A DNA stretch of 64,000 bases from an uncultured Methanosarcinales archaeon (GTDB lineage Archaea; Nanobdellota; Nanobdellia; Woesearchaeales; GW2011-AR4): assembly GCA_964607225.1 (NCBI GenBank), contig CAZSIU010000001.1:18-64017 (forward strand). Direction: 5' to 3'. The notes beneath the pieces were generated by a model that was not told the DNA's origin, did not search any database, and saw only the letters and a program-made list of their open reading frames with translations. Below are positions 49,638 through 60,762 of this stretch, piece by piece. Every line of letters begins with the position of its first letter. Positions within the stretch are counted from its first letter, which is position 1. The position numbers were made by a program, and so were the translations under genes.

Positions 49638-50380
49638 AGTATTTCCATTATCTTTTGGCAGCTGGCATAAGGAGATTGAGGAAAAAATACGCAAAGACTA
49701 AGTATCTCGACTATTACAAAGAAACATTGGAGCTTAATGAGCCTACAATGATCTTTACCCATGACATAGATGAAGGTTATGAGCCGAACATTGATGCTAT
49801 TGTTGATATGGAGAAGAAATACGGGATTAAATCCACCATGTTCCTTCTTGCAATGTCGCATCCCTCAAAAAAATGGGTAAATGCCAATTCCAAGTGGGAT
49901 TTCCAGTATCATGCGAATTTCATAGGAAACAGGATGAGCAAGGTCCTCGAAGAAAAAAAACTCATAGATAATTTAGTTGGAAAAAAGACCGAGATAGTAA
50001 GAGCCCACCAGTATCACCTCCCTGACTTAAAGCTTTTGAAAGGCCATTTCAGGGCAGACTCAAGCTATGATAACTGGACCAAGCTTACATTGTTCAGGCC
50101 ATTCTTGACAGACCTTGGCATTATAGAGTTTCCGCATTTCCCAGAAATAGAATTCATCAACCTCTACAAGAACAAAGGAAATAACATAAAAAGATTATAC
50201 AAGGATATTGTAGATACCGGAAGAAAGACAAACGGGCTTGTAATAGTGCTTACACACCCAACGCCATTCAAAAGATGGGGGAAAACAATCCAGGAATTCT
50301 TCATGACTCAGGATGGGTTTAAGGTCAAGACCATGCATGAGGTAATGGAAGAATTAAGGAAAAAATACAAAATTGCCTAA
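49634..50380 (+). CDS. Putative polysaccharide deacetylase-like / hypothetical protein
   Basis: The MIFTHDIDEGYE motif resembles a degenerate NodB TFDDG. The assignment is weak. Confidence 0.35.
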   Translation: MKYFHYLLAAGIRRLRKKYAKTKYLDYYKETLELNEPTMIFTHDIDEGYEPNIDAIVDMEKKYGIKSTMFLLAMSHPSKKWVNANSKWDFQYHANFIGNRMSKVLEEKKLIDNLVGKKTEIVRAHQYHLPDLKLLKGHFRADSSYDNWTKLTLFRPFLTDLGIIEFPHFPEIEFINLYKNKGNNIKRLYKDIVDTGRKTNGLVIVLTHPTPFKRWGKTIQEFFMTQDGFKVKTMHEVMEELRKKYKIA

Positions 50381-51547
50381 TGCCCTCAATACCTCATTAA
50401 ATACGTTCATTATCTTTTTTCTTATCACATTTTTTCTGAAGCCGTATTTCTCAAGAAACTCTATTCCGTTTGACGATAGTCTTTTTCTCAGGCTAGTGTT
50501 TTTTAGAAGGTAAGCAATGGTTTCCCCAAGCTCTTTTGGATTCTGCTTCTCCACCAAATAAGCATATTTGTTATGCGCAAAATATCTCTCTGTGTCTCCT
50601 GCCTTTGTCATGATGCACGGGACTTTAGACAGCATAGCCTCAAGGATTGTTGTGCTAAAGCAATTTTCAATTTTACTGCATGCAACAAAAATATCGGAAA
50701 TCGCAAGATATTTATTCACTTTGGAAGTGGGTCCCGGCAATAATAAATTATCCCGTAAGCCTAATTTTTTCATCTCATTTTCAACATCTTTTTTTAAATG
50801 CCCATCACCAACCATAATAAATTTGACACTTTTGGTTTTTTTTAATGCATAGGACATTGATTCCACAAATGTTAAGGGGTCCTTCATGTCCTCAAATCTT
50901 CCGATAAAAGTCACAACATATTTTTCTTTGATATTAAGCTCTTTTTTAATCTGCTTTGCATTGTGTTTTTTGAGGAATTTTTCTTCATCAAGGAAATTCC
51001 TTATAGCCACCACCTTCCTTGCCCCTATTTTTCTTATGCCTTCTATAAGATCGTAGTGCGCAGAGGTTATTGCATCCATTCTTCTGAAAACGAACCTATT
51101 GAGCCAGCTCGGAATCCCTCTTATGCTGCCCCCATGCTCTGTAAGAACCACTGGTTTTTTATATATATATTTTAGCGGTAAAGCTGCCAGACCAGATAAT
51201 GTCCAGTGCGCATTAATTACATCGGATTTTCTTGCTATACTAAAGGCTTTGATAAAGAATGCCAGCATGAAGAAAGGTGCCTGAATTTTTGGAAATAATC
51301 CGTGGCCAAAACTCTCTCTCATGCCGCCAGTGTAGGTGAGCTTCTGCAATTTTTTAGGGAAAAAATAGTTGAACCTGTATATTCTTACTTTGTCCCTGAC
51401 TTCATATGGTTTTGTTGTTGCATCTCCCGAGGTTACAACTGTAACATCCTCTGTTTTCGCTAATTCTTTAGCCCAAGAGTGCATAAATGGCACCCAATGG
51501 TCGTTTTTCGACCTTGGATAAGATGTGCATAATATGCAGATTCTCAT
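50354..51547 (-). CDS. Glycosyltransferase family 4
   Basis: It has a GT-B C-terminal domain with an E...E pair (TILEAMLSKVPCIMT). Confidence 0.75.
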   Translation of the reverse strand: MRICILCTSYPRSKNDHWVPFMHSWAKELAKTEDVTVVTSGDATTKPYEVRDKVRIYRFNYFFPKKLQKLTYTGGMRESFGHGLFPKIQAPFFMLAFFIKAFSIARKSDVINAHWTLSGLAALPLKYIYKKPVVLTEHGGSIRGIPSWLNRFVFRRMDAITSAHYDLIEGIRKIGARKVVAIRNFLDEEKFLKKHNAKQIKKELNIKEKYVVTFIGRFEDMKDPLTFVESMSYALKKTKSVKFIMVGDGHLKKDVENEMKKLGLRDNLLLPGPTSKVNKYLAISDIFVACSKIENCFSTTILEAMLSKVPCIMTKAGDTERYFAHNKYAYLVEKQNPKELGETIAYLLKNTSLRKRLSSNGIEFLEKYGFRKNVIRKKIMNVFNEVLRALGNFVFFP

Positions 51548-51737
51548 AAATATTAAGATTCACATATATTATATAAATATAGCTGATTCTAATCTTATAT
51601 GGGAAACAAAGAAATTTGAGAGAGAACGAAGATTTGAGTTCTTGACATATCGTGCAAGGGTGCCAAGCTAAATACGCATTAACCGCGTAGTACATAAGCA
51701 ATATTTTTAAATACTCAACAATTTTTGGGGTACAAAT

Positions 51738-52700
51738 ATGAAAGCGTTAATTACCGGTGGTATGGGTTTTATAGGTAGTAATCTTGCCAATAAACTGGTT
51801 TCTGAAGGAGCCGAAGTCACCATAATAGACTCTATGATACCTGGCCTTGGTGGAAATGATTTTAATATCAGTGAAATAAAGGACAGAGTAAAAGTAGTTA
51901 AAAAAGACATAAGAGACACGGAGATAATCAATGAAGTCGTAAAGGATAAGGAATATATATTTCACCTCGCCGGGCAGGTTGATCATAAAAGAAGCATAGA
52001 AAATCCTTTAGAAGATGTCGGATTGAGGATTAACGGCACAATATCCCTTCTTGAAGCATGCAGAAAAAATAATCCAAAAGCTAAAATAGTATTTAGCAGC
52101 ACAAGGGCAGTATATGGAGAAGTTAAAAAGATCCCTGTGGATGAGGCGACAAGGACCAATCCGAAAGGGATGTACGCGATAACCAGCCTAGCTGCGGAAA
52201 ACATAATTCTTATGTACCATAATTTATACGGCATCTGGGCAACGATAGTGAGGCTTACCAACATTTACGGGCCAAGGCATCAGATGAAAAGGGATTATGG
52301 CATAGTCAATTACTTCATTAAGCAGGCCCTAAGCAGAGAGCCTATAACTGTCATGGGTTCCGGTAAGATACTTAGGGATTTTTTATATGTTGAAGATGCA
52401 TGCGATGCATTGACAGAATGCGCAAAGAGTAAGAGCACCAATGGCGAAATTCTGAATATAGGCACAGGCAAAGGAATAAGTTTCATTGACATGGCCAGTC
52501 AAATACGGAATTTAACCGGTGCAGACATTAAGCTTATAGAGTTTCCAGAGTACAAAAAGCAACTGGAGCCTGGAGACTTCGTGGCAGATGACAGAAAAAT
52601 TAAGTCTATGGTTGGTTGGAAATCCAAAACCAAAATAGAGGAAGGACTTGTTAAGAGTATTGACTTCTATAAAAGAAATAAAGAGTGGTATTGGCGCTAG
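51738..52700 (+). CDS. NAD-dependent epimerase/dehydratase
   Basis: It has MKALITGGMGFIGSNL and YAITSLAAE (YxxxK). Confidence 0.8.
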   Translation: MKALITGGMGFIGSNLANKLVSEGAEVTIIDSMIPGLGGNDFNISEIKDRVKVVKKDIRDTEIINEVVKDKEYIFHLAGQVDHKRSIENPLEDVGLRINGTISLLEACRKNNPKAKIVFSSTRAVYGEVKKIPVDEATRTNPKGMYAITSLAAENIILMYHNLYGIWATIVRLTNIYGPRHQMKRDYGIVNYFIKQALSREPITVMGSGKILRDFLYVEDACDALTECAKSKSTNGEILNIGTGKGISFIDMASQIRNLTGADIKLIEFPEYKKQLEPGDFVADDRKIKSMVGWKSKTKIEEGLVKSIDFYKRNKEWYWR

Positions 52701-52741
52701 CTATTAGAAATATATTTAAATCTATCAAATTTTTGGGTGTT

Positions 52742-53863
52742 ATGAAAATTCTTTTTGTGATGAAGAGATTTTCATCAGGAAAGGACATGGTCTTGGAAGA
52801 TTTCGGCAGGCAGATGCGTCTAGCAGACGAGTTAAACAGGCTTGGGCATAAAGTCGATTTCTTATGCGCCGATTACAAGGCTAAAGAAAATTTTGAAAAG
52901 ATAGTCAACGGCAAAAGAGTAAATGTAATAGGGATTTCTGTCTTTAGTATATTTCAGTTAATAAAAAGGTTGAATAAGGTTGCAAAAGGCTACGATGCTA
53001 TAATAGGAGCTACAGATCCTATTTTTGGTATAATAGTGCATAGGCCAGCAAAGAAAAACAAAAAGTTATTTATCTACGATATACAGGACAACTATGAGAC
53101 ATATCTTACTGGAAAGATACCATTTTTAAGGCTATTGGAAAGAAAGGCCATGAGGGATGCAGATTTGGTATTGGTTGAGAGTTATCTGCTTGAGAAGAAG
53201 ATAAAAAGATTTAACAAAAGAACTTTAGTGATTCCCAACGGGGTATCTTATGATATAAACAAAGTGACAGAGAAGAAAAAGGCAAGAAGAATTCTTAATT
53301 TGCCTCTGGATAAAAAGATAATAGTATATGCAGGAAGATACCATGGAAGCCATGAGAAGGAAGGTGTCGATCTCCTCCTCAAGGTCTTTTCAAAACTTAG
53401 AGGCCAAAATAGCAAATATAAAGATGTTACGCTTCTTTTGATTGGTGATGGAAATCGTCAACGCCTTAAAATTGAGAGGAACAAAGGCAATATTATCGCG
53501 CTTGATTCTATGCCCTATAAGAAGCTTATGGTGGCCCTTAGTGCATCTGATGTTATGGTATTGCCATATACCAAAACAAGATTTACTCAATATATGTTGA
53601 CACCATACAAATTGCCTGAATATATGGTCTTTAACAGGCCGATTGTTTGTAGCAATGTTGGTGAGTTCAAAAAAATGTTGAAGGAGACCAGAGATCTTGT
53701 TTTTAACCCTGGTGATCATGATGATTTCATTGAAAAGCTGAAAAAGGCCCTCTATTACAACAAAAAAATCGACTATTCCCAAGAATTAAAGAACTATACT
53801 TGGGAAAACATAGCCAAAAAGCTTAATAAGAGTCTAAGGAGAATTGCGCATAAGAATGAGTAG
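52742..53863 (+). CDS. Glycosyltransferase family 4
   Basis: It has MKILFVMKRFSSG, and the C-terminal region has a GT-B signature. The start was trimmed to the ATG at 52742. Confidence 0.7.
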   Translation: MKILFVMKRFSSGKDMVLEDFGRQMRLADELNRLGHKVDFLCADYKAKENFEKIVNGKRVNVIGISVFSIFQLIKRLNKVAKGYDAIIGATDPIFGIIVHRPAKKNKKLFIYDIQDNYETYLTGKIPFLRLLERKAMRDADLVLVESYLLEKKIKRFNKRTLVIPNGVSYDINKVTEKKKARRILNLPLDKKIIVYAGRYHGSHEKEGVDLLLKVFSKLRGQNSKYKDVTLLLIGDGNRQRLKIERNKGNIIALDSMPYKKLMVALSASDVMVLPYTKTRFTQYMLTPYKLPEYMVFNRPIVCSNVGEFKKMLKETRDLVFNPGDHDDFIEKLKKALYYNKKIDYSQELKNYTWENIAKKLNKSLRRIAHKNE

Positions 53864-53874
53864 GCGCTGTATTC

Positions 53875-54612
53875 TTATTTGTTTTTTGTATGCATTTTCA
53901 GTTTTTTTTCTCTGATTATTGTTGTTGCATGATAAAGGGATTCAAGTGTTCCTGCATCTGTCCAAAATCCTTTCAAAACAGAGTAGGATAAACTGTCTTG
54001 TTTGATATACCAGTTCAATATATCTGTTATTTCAAGTTCCCCTCTGGCAGAAGGTTTAAGTTTGGGTATTATACCAAAAACTCGAAAATCAAACATATAC
54101 ACCCCTGCTTCGGCTAGATTGCTTTTTGGATATTTTGGTTTTTCAACTACAGATATAACTTTATCAGAATCTATCTCAACAACACCATACCTCTTAGGGT
54201 CACGAACTTTCTTTACAAAAATCATAGCACCCCAATCAGATTCCAGAAACTGCTGTACTTCTTCTTTAAGAGAGTCCTCCATTATGTTATCTCCTAGAAC
54301 CATCATAAACTTCTCATTGCCAACAAACTCTCTTGCAAGTCCAAGTGCAGCCGGAATCCCTGCAGATCCAATCTGCGCCTTATATGTTATTTTAACTCCT
54401 AGCTCTTCCCCGCTGCCCAACAGCTTCAGAAAATCACCTATGCTTTCTCCTCCAACTATAATTAGAATATCAGTGATTCCAGAAGTTTTAAGTGTTTTTA
54501 TTGGATAGTATATCATTGGTTCGTCATATACAGGAAGCAAATGCTTATTAGTCACTTTTGTTAGTGGGTTTAATCTCGAACCTGTTCCTCCCGCCAAAAC
54601 TACTCCTTTCAT
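53875..54612 (-). CDS. Sugar-1-phosphate nucleotidyltransferase, short form (RmlA-like)
   Basis: It has MKGVVLAGGTGSRLNPLT...K and is 245 aa. Confidence 0.75.
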   Translation of the reverse strand: MKGVVLAGGTGSRLNPLTKVTNKHLLPVYDEPMIYYPIKTLKTSGITDILIIVGGESIGDFLKLLGSGEELGVKITYKAQIGSAGIPAALGLAREFVGNEKFMMVLGDNIMEDSLKEEVQQFLESDWGAMIFVKKVRDPKRYGVVEIDSDKVISVVEKPKYPKSNLAEAGVYMFDFRVFGIIPKLKPSARGELEITDILNWYIKQDSLSYSVLKGFWTDAGTLESLYHATTIIREKKLKMHTKNK

Positions 54613-54666
54613 GCTAAAAAATAACCTCCGGTGATTTTTGGCATCCTAAAGATTTTAAGAAAATTT

Positions 54667-55620
54667 TTATGATTTTAATTTTCTCCACCAAGTCTCATTG
54701 TTTTTATACCAATCTACGGTAATTTTTAAAGCTTCCTCAAATTTATATTTTTTGAACCATCCAAGAGATTTGATTTTTTTTGCATTTAACGAGTATCTTC
54801 TGTCATGGCCTTTTCTGTCCTTAACAAATTCAATAAATGAAGCGTCTTTCCCAAGAATTTTAAGAAGTTTATAGGTAAGTTCCATATTGGACATTTCGTT
54901 TCCAGATGCGATATTGTAAATCTGCCCATCCTTACCTTTATGCAGAACGAAATCAATTGCTTCACAATTATCCTCTACATAAATCCAGTCTCGAACATTT
55001 TTTCCATCTCCGTATAAAGGTACCCTCTTATTCTCCAAAAGATTTGTGATGAACAAGGGGATTACTTTCTCAGGATACTGGTAAGGTCCAAAATTGTTAG
55101 TGCTTCTTGCTATAGTGACAGGGAGCTTGTAGGTTATGTAATAAGACACGCATAGAAGATCTGCAGCGGCTTTGCTTGATGAATAAGGGCTACTAGGATT
55201 TAAATTAGAATTTTCATCAAAAGAACTTTTATCTATGCTGCCATAAACTTCGTCCGTGCTTATTTGTAAAAGGCGTTTTTCATATTTCAATGCTGCCTTT
55301 AAAAGTATGTGGGTTCCTACAATATTTGTGCTTACAAAGGGATCAGACTCCAAGATAGACCTATCAACATGGCTTTCAGCTGCAAAATTGACAATTAGGT
55401 CAACATTATCCATTATCTTTGACACAACTTTTGGATCACATATATCAGCCTTGACAAACTCGTAGTTTTTATTGTTTTTAAAATCTTTAACATTATCAGT
55501 ATTCCCAGCGTAAGTAAGCTTATCAAGATTAATAACTTTGTAGTCTGGATATTTTTTGAGAATTAGCCTAATAAAATTACTCCCTATAAACCCGCATCCT
55601 CCTGTTACGAGTAGTCTCAT
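54667..55620 (-). CDS. rmlB: dTDP-glucose 4,6-dehydratase
   Basis: It has MRLLVTGGCGFIGSNFIR, and LDKLTYAGN and YSSSKAAAD are typical of RmlB. Confidence 0.85.
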   Translation of the reverse strand: MRLLVTGGCGFIGSNFIRLILKKYPDYKVINLDKLTYAGNTDNVKDFKNNKNYEFVKADICDPKVVSKIMDNVDLIVNFAAESHVDRSILESDPFVSTNIVGTHILLKAALKYEKRLLQISTDEVYGSIDKSSFDENSNLNPSSPYSSSKAAADLLCVSYYITYKLPVTIARSTNNFGPYQYPEKVIPLFITNLLENKRVPLYGDGKNVRDWIYVEDNCEAIDFVLHKGKDGQIYNIASGNEMSNMELTYKLLKILGKDASFIEFVKDRKGHDRRYSLNAKKIKSLGWFKKYKFEEALKITVDWYKNNETWWRKLKS

Positions 55621-55708
55621 ATTTTCAGAAAAAATTGATATAGATTTATAAAGTTAATGGAGACTAGAAAGCCATAGTATTACTTTCTTAAAAGCAAATA
55701 AATTTAGT

Positions 55709-56305
55709 TCAAGAAGCTCTTTGCACTATGTATACCCTGGAAGGCATAAGAGATGTTCTCACAATATCAATCATTTTATAATTACTATTCTTAATAATAG
55801 CTTCTATTCTATCCAGATTTACATACAAAGAATTAACAGCTATCATTAGTTTCAAATTTTTAGGAGTTTCCTTCAAAAGCCGTTCAACAAATTCATAACC
55901 GGATTTATCCTGCCTATTTGCGAAAGGGGGATTAACAATAGCCCAATCAAAGTTTTCTTTTAACCCTTTGAAGAGGTCTCTTTTTTCTATTTTAAATTTA
56001 ACTTTATTGTCTTTCATAGCTATCTTTGCACTTTTTATTATATTATCATCTATTTCTGTTGCAGTAACGTCAACATTTTTATTTTTTTTAAGCCAAATAC
56101 TATGTATAGCAAAGGAACCTGTACCTATATCAAGAATCCTATCTCCGTCTTTAACAAATTTATTCAAAGCTTTTTTCATTAATATGGTTGCGAAGCATAT
56201 CTGGCTTCTAGTACTACCTTTTCTACAGTCTACTCCAAATAGAAGTTTTGCAAAAAAATTATTTGAAGTTATTTTTGTTATGGCTTTTCTAAATATTGTA
56301 AGCAT
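55709..56305 (-). CDS. Small-domain class I methyltransferase with NPPF motif (HemK/RsmC-like)
   Basis: It has ILDIGTGSF and IVNPPF. Confidence 0.65.
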   Translation of the reverse strand: MLTIFRKAITKITSNNFFAKLLFGVDCRKGSTRSQICFATILMKKALNKFVKDGDRILDIGTGSFAIHSIWLKKNKNVDVTATEIDDNIIKSAKIAMKDNKVKFKIEKRDLFKGLKENFDWAIVNPPFANRQDKSGYEFVERLLKETPKNLKLMIAVNSLYVNLDRIEAIIKNSNYKMIDIVRTSLMPSRVYIVQRAS

Positions 56306-56419
56306 TTTTATTGTTTATGAAAATTTATGCAAATAAGGTTGGATTAAATTGAGTATTTAATAATTTTTGGAATATCAAGAATAATTAATTTATTAATTTT
56401 ATAAAATTCATATTAATAA

Positions 56420-57985
56420 TTACTTATTCCTATTTGTTTTAAGAAAGTATTTTAGGAAAGGTATGCTTATTCCAGTTTTTCTTTCTGCTGCTTCAAAAAT
56501 AGCAATATCTTCTTTAGAGAAAGATTTGAAAAGAATTAGCAATACAAAATAAAATATCATGTAGAGTAGAATTGCACTTATGAAAAGATATGTGCTAAAT
56601 AAATTTAATATTTTGAATAAAGAAAAAACTGCGATAAATGATATTATAGCTGAATAAATGTATTTTTTGTATAGATTTAAATCAAAACTAAAATGTAATA
56701 TTTTCTTGAATTTAACAAATCTAATAATAGTAAAAAATATTAATGATAATGTGGTGGATATTGATGCGCCTATCATACCATATGGAGGAATTAAGAGAAA
56801 GTTAAGTAAGATGTTAATGACTAATGCGATAAGTGTAGAGACACCTAAAAACTTTATTTTTTTATAAGTGCGCAAGCCTTGTTCTGAAAGACCAAAAATA
56901 GCTAGTGGAAAGTATCCCAATGTTAGGATAACTAACGGTATGGCTGCATCCAAATATTTATGTCCAAATACAAGTGACAATGTTCTACTTGGAAACACTA
57001 TAATGAATACCAAAAGGGGTAATGCCAAAACAAATATCCACCTTGATGTAACCTCAAATGTTTTTCGAATTGAGGTTTTTTGCTTTTTTGCATATAATTC
57101 TGATATTATAGGATAAAACATATCACCAATTGCAATCCATATTATCAAGAAGGCTGAGGAGATGACATAAGCTGTATTATAAAAACCGACTTCTAAACTG
57201 GATCTAAAAACACCTATCATTATTATGTCAGTCCAACCAAGAGCTATGTCAAGTATTCCAACTATCATTAATGGTATAGAAAATGATAGAAGTTGCTTAA
57301 CATCAAAAACTGGATTTATTTCCTTTTTAAAAATGACTGGCATATTTTTTAATAAGATTTTTCCTAAAAGTATTGATGCAACAATCAAAGAAATTAATAA
57401 GGATGTTATATACATCCAACTTAGAAAAAGTAGTGAAGCTGAAATTGATATGGCAAATAAAAGCAATAATAAGTTAAAAAATTTCTCAAAAATAGTCTCG
57501 GAAACAATTGAATACTCTGGTTTCTTGAAAGTAAAAAAATAGAATTTAAGCAATTGGGCTATAACAATAAGAGGTATACCAAATGAAAATATTGAAATTA
57601 TTGGTGCAAGTTCTTCTATTTTAAAAATATTCAATGCTAAACTTTGTGATGAATAATATAAAGCCAAAAAAATTATGATGCTTGATGGAATTGTAATGCA
57701 AAAGCTTAGTATAATTATACCTTTTACTCTATCAAATCTTTTAATAGCTAAATAATGATTTATAAACTTTCCAATACTATGATGTATTCCAACAAGACCA
57801 AAAAGAGCACCAATATTTAGGAATACAATTCCCATTGACAACAAACCGTAATCTGAAGGACTGAGATAGCGTGCTGCAAGTATCCTGTAAAGAAGAAATG
57901 TTAAAGAAGAGAGTATCATTCCTGTAAATATGATTAATCCACCTTTTGCAATTTTCTTGATTGCATATTCTTCAGACGCATTCAT
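56420..57985 (-). CDS. MOP-superfamily flippase (Wzx-like), second copy
   Basis: It has about 14 TM helices and is 521 aa. Confidence 0.65.
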   Translation of the reverse strand: MNASEEYAIKKIAKGGLIIFTGMILSSLTFLLYRILAARYLSPSDYGLLSMGIVFLNIGALFGLVGIHHSIGKFINHYLAIKRFDRVKGIIILSFCITIPSSIIIFLALYYSSQSLALNIFKIEELAPIISIFSFGIPLIVIAQLLKFYFFTFKKPEYSIVSETIFEKFFNLLLLLFAISISASLLFLSWMYITSLLISLIVASILLGKILLKNMPVIFKKEINPVFDVKQLLSFSIPLMIVGILDIALGWTDIIMIGVFRSSLEVGFYNTAYVISSAFLIIWIAIGDMFYPIISELYAKKQKTSIRKTFEVTSRWIFVLALPLLVFIIVFPSRTLSLVFGHKYLDAAIPLVILTLGYFPLAIFGLSEQGLRTYKKIKFLGVSTLIALVINILLNFLLIPPYGMIGASISTTLSLIFFTIIRFVKFKKILHFSFDLNLYKKYIYSAIISFIAVFSLFKILNLFSTYLFISAILLYMIFYFVLLILFKSFSKEDIAIFEAAERKTGISIPFLKYFLKTNRNK

Positions 57986-58027
57986 AAATTTAAGAAAAGA
58001 AGTGCAGTTTTAAATATTTGTATAATT

Positions 58028-60067
58028 TTAAGCAAGTATTGTGGCATTTTTATTTATTTTATAAATGTTAACCTCTAAACTTGATTCGTTTTCTGAATAA
58101 ACTTTTGTAATATATTTACTATCTAAATTATTAAATATAACTGATTTATGAAACAGTGGATGCTCTTTGGCTAATTTTGTTATAAACAAATGCGTGATTC
58201 CTTTTTTGGAAAGAAAATTTAAAGCCTCATTAAGGTTTCTAGTTTCATATATCGGCCTTAGCTCATGTGTATCAGCAGGAAAATATTTTGTTGGAAACAA
58301 ATATAATCTTTCATCAAAAAAAAGAATGGTGTCTTCCGGAGATAAGTTATCTTTCATCCAACTATGGGAAGGTTCGTGAAGACTATAAGCTATATCTTTC
58401 CCAAGTTCGTCAGTTTGAAAAAATTTTAGAGGATAAATCAATAAACTGAGAAATACGGGAAGAAGGAAAATTGAAATTATAAGATAACGTGTAATATTAG
58501 ATTTTTTGATTTCCAAAAATTGGAATGTGCCAAATAAAATCAATATTACGGATACAATGATAAATTCTGAAAATCTCTCGAATCCTATTTGCTCATAGAG
58601 AGGTGATATGAAATAAGTTGCAAGATTAAAAGCTGCAAATAAAATAAATGCAAAAGAAAGAAAATTGAGAAAGGATCTTTTTCCTTGATTTTTGATGTAT
58701 GCTATAAAAGAAGGTCCAACTATAACAGTTGCAATCATATATGGCCCAAACAGGTACGTGTATGAATTAGGCTGTGCTATCTCATCTCCTCTCAAAAATG
58801 CAGCCCACAAAACAAAAAATGTAATTGAAAATCCTGAAATAATTTTTTCTGAGAAGCTTTTACGATAAAATAGAATCCAAGAAATAAAGACGGGAAATAA
58901 AAGTATACCGTATCTAAAAATTAGATCTAGTGGGCTCCTTGAAAAGAGAGAGCCACTGGCCCAATAAAGTATATTTTCTTTAACCCAATCATCTATGTAT
59001 TTTCCATCAAAAAAATTGAACAATAGTGGATAAATAGGATTTCCTGTTAATAGAATAGTCCTCAATGCGTGAGGGATTATAAGAACTAGTCCAATTATAG
59101 CAGCAATGATAAAATGCTTTAGAATTTTTTTCCTATTTTGTTTATGAATAAATATAAGAGTTAAGGTCAAAATGAATACTAAGGAGGTTATTCCAATAAT
59201 GCTAGTGTATTTTACCCAATATGAAAAAGCAGACATTATTGCAGCTAAATATAATAATGAAGGTGAATAAGTTTTGAGGAATTGCACAATTAAAGAGACC
59301 GACGTCACAAAAAAAAATCCTGCATAAATATCTGTATTTTGAAAAATAGCGATATTTGAAAAATAATATGATGCAAGTGCGATTAGAATAACCCCTAAAG
59401 ATTGTTCAATTGTTCTTTCAAGTATGACTCTGCTTAAATGGTACAGAACCGCGAGCGTAAAAAGACCATAAATAAAAGGAAGCAATTTCGGAACAATAAG
59501 ATTTTCCTTTCCTTGAGCAAAATAAAATATGGAATAGCTGAAATACCCAAGAGGAGGATAAGCTCTTTCTACTTCGCTGATTGACGGGGAAATGTCGCTG
59601 GGTAAATATCCTGTCAAGAAAGTCTCTTGAGCTATTGGGAGATGATACAAAAATGAATCATACTTGTAAATTGGAACCACCAAAGAATTAAAAAACATAA
59701 AAAATACGATCAAAGAAATATGAACGATCATTACTATTGACAAAGGAGAAAGTTTATCTGAATTTAAGGCACGTAATCTTAGTTTTTTGAGTTTTGCAAG
59801 AAAGCCAGTTCGTTTTAGGAAATATGAAAGAAAAAAAAGTACAGCTAAAAGAATCAAAAGAGTACTCCAAATAAATATTTGATTTAGTTTTATGTTCAAC
59901 AGAGTATTTACGGAGTATAGCAATATGTTCAACATCCCAACTCCCATTGGAAATGAAAGGACTAAAATTTGTAAATTGTCTGAATTTTTTAAAATTAATA
60001 TCAACGAAAAGAACCCTAATAAGAAGACACCTAATGTAAACAATATCAATAAAAGTAAATCAAACAT
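58028..60067 (-). CDS. Large polytopic membrane protein (GT-C-like), paralogue of 42934-44751
   Basis: It is 679 aa and has a LKNSDNL N-terminal motif and a C-terminal soluble domain. Confidence 0.5.
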   Translation of the reverse strand: MFDLLLLILFTLGVFLLGFFSLILILKNSDNLQILVLSFPMGVGMLNILLYSVNTLLNIKLNQIFIWSTLLILLAVLFFLSYFLKRTGFLAKLKKLRLRALNSDKLSPLSIVMIVHISLIVFFMFFNSLVVPIYKYDSFLYHLPIAQETFLTGYLPSDISPSISEVERAYPPLGYFSYSIFYFAQGKENLIVPKLLPFIYGLFTLAVLYHLSRVILERTIEQSLGVILIALASYYFSNIAIFQNTDIYAGFFFVTSVSLIVQFLKTYSPSLLYLAAIMSAFSYWVKYTSIIGITSLVFILTLTLIFIHKQNRKKILKHFIIAAIIGLVLIIPHALRTILLTGNPIYPLLFNFFDGKYIDDWVKENILYWASGSLFSRSPLDLIFRYGILLFPVFISWILFYRKSFSEKIISGFSITFFVLWAAFLRGDEIAQPNSYTYLFGPYMIATVIVGPSFIAYIKNQGKRSFLNFLSFAFILFAAFNLATYFISPLYEQIGFERFSEFIIVSVILILFGTFQFLEIKKSNITRYLIISIFLLPVFLSLLIYPLKFFQTDELGKDIAYSLHEPSHSWMKDNLSPEDTILFFDERLYLFPTKYFPADTHELRPIYETRNLNEALNFLSKKGITHLFITKLAKEHPLFHKSVIFNNLDSKYITKVYSENESSLEVNIYKINKNATILA

Positions 60068-60432
60068 TTTAATTAATTATGAATTCCTAAATCCTGTGAG
60101 ATGTTCAGGGACTATATTAAATACTTTTTGCTTTTTTGATACTATCTTTCAGAAAATTAATCAGATTCGGAGAAAATGATTTGAATAAAAATAGTAGAAA
60201 AAAATATCGTGACAAAACAAAAATTTATATTCTCCTGGAAACTACGGTATTAGGGATTTAACATGTTACTATAATGACCTCCTCTGACGGACTAAAGTCC
60301 GCAGTATCCAGATTCAAGCTAAACCATGATGCTTAGCTTGGTTTAAGATGTACATGACAGTATCGCTTAACTGATTATATCCAACTGTTACAGCAGTTCC
60401 TCCTCTGCTCTAGAGATGTCCTTGCAGATATC

Positions 60433-60762
60433 TTAAGCGAGCTTTAGGATGGTTTTTGAAAAAGCTGTATGAGAGGAACATCCTTTCAAAAGTTGAAAAG
60501 CATTTTCATCGTTCATGCCTTTTGGCAAAGTCACGAGGGCATGAACATGGTCAGGCATAACATAGATTATGTGCGTCTTGGTGCTATGCCTTGAGGCTGC
60601 TTTGCGAATGCAAGCTTCGCAAAGATTTTTGTACTCAAACTTGGCAAACATTTTATAGCTGTACTTGGTTTGCCAAGTTAAGTGCCAAAAGTTTATACCT
60701 ACCTTATGGTTGTAATGTTCCAATTCGATATTTACATATTCCATTTTCGTTGCTCTGTGCAA
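60433..60762 (-). mobile_element. tnpA: Truncated IS200/IS605-family Y1 transposase (tnpA) gene
   Basis: YVMPDHVHALVTLP is an HuH motif. The protein ends before the catalytic Tyr helix. It sits in a patch of higher GC content than the surroundings. Confidence 0.7.

Noticed and set aside
60180-60432. tnpB remnant downstream of the truncated tnpA
   Set aside because: The translation (…TAVTVGYNQLSDTV…) lacks the RuvC GIDLG motif. This is insufficient evidence.
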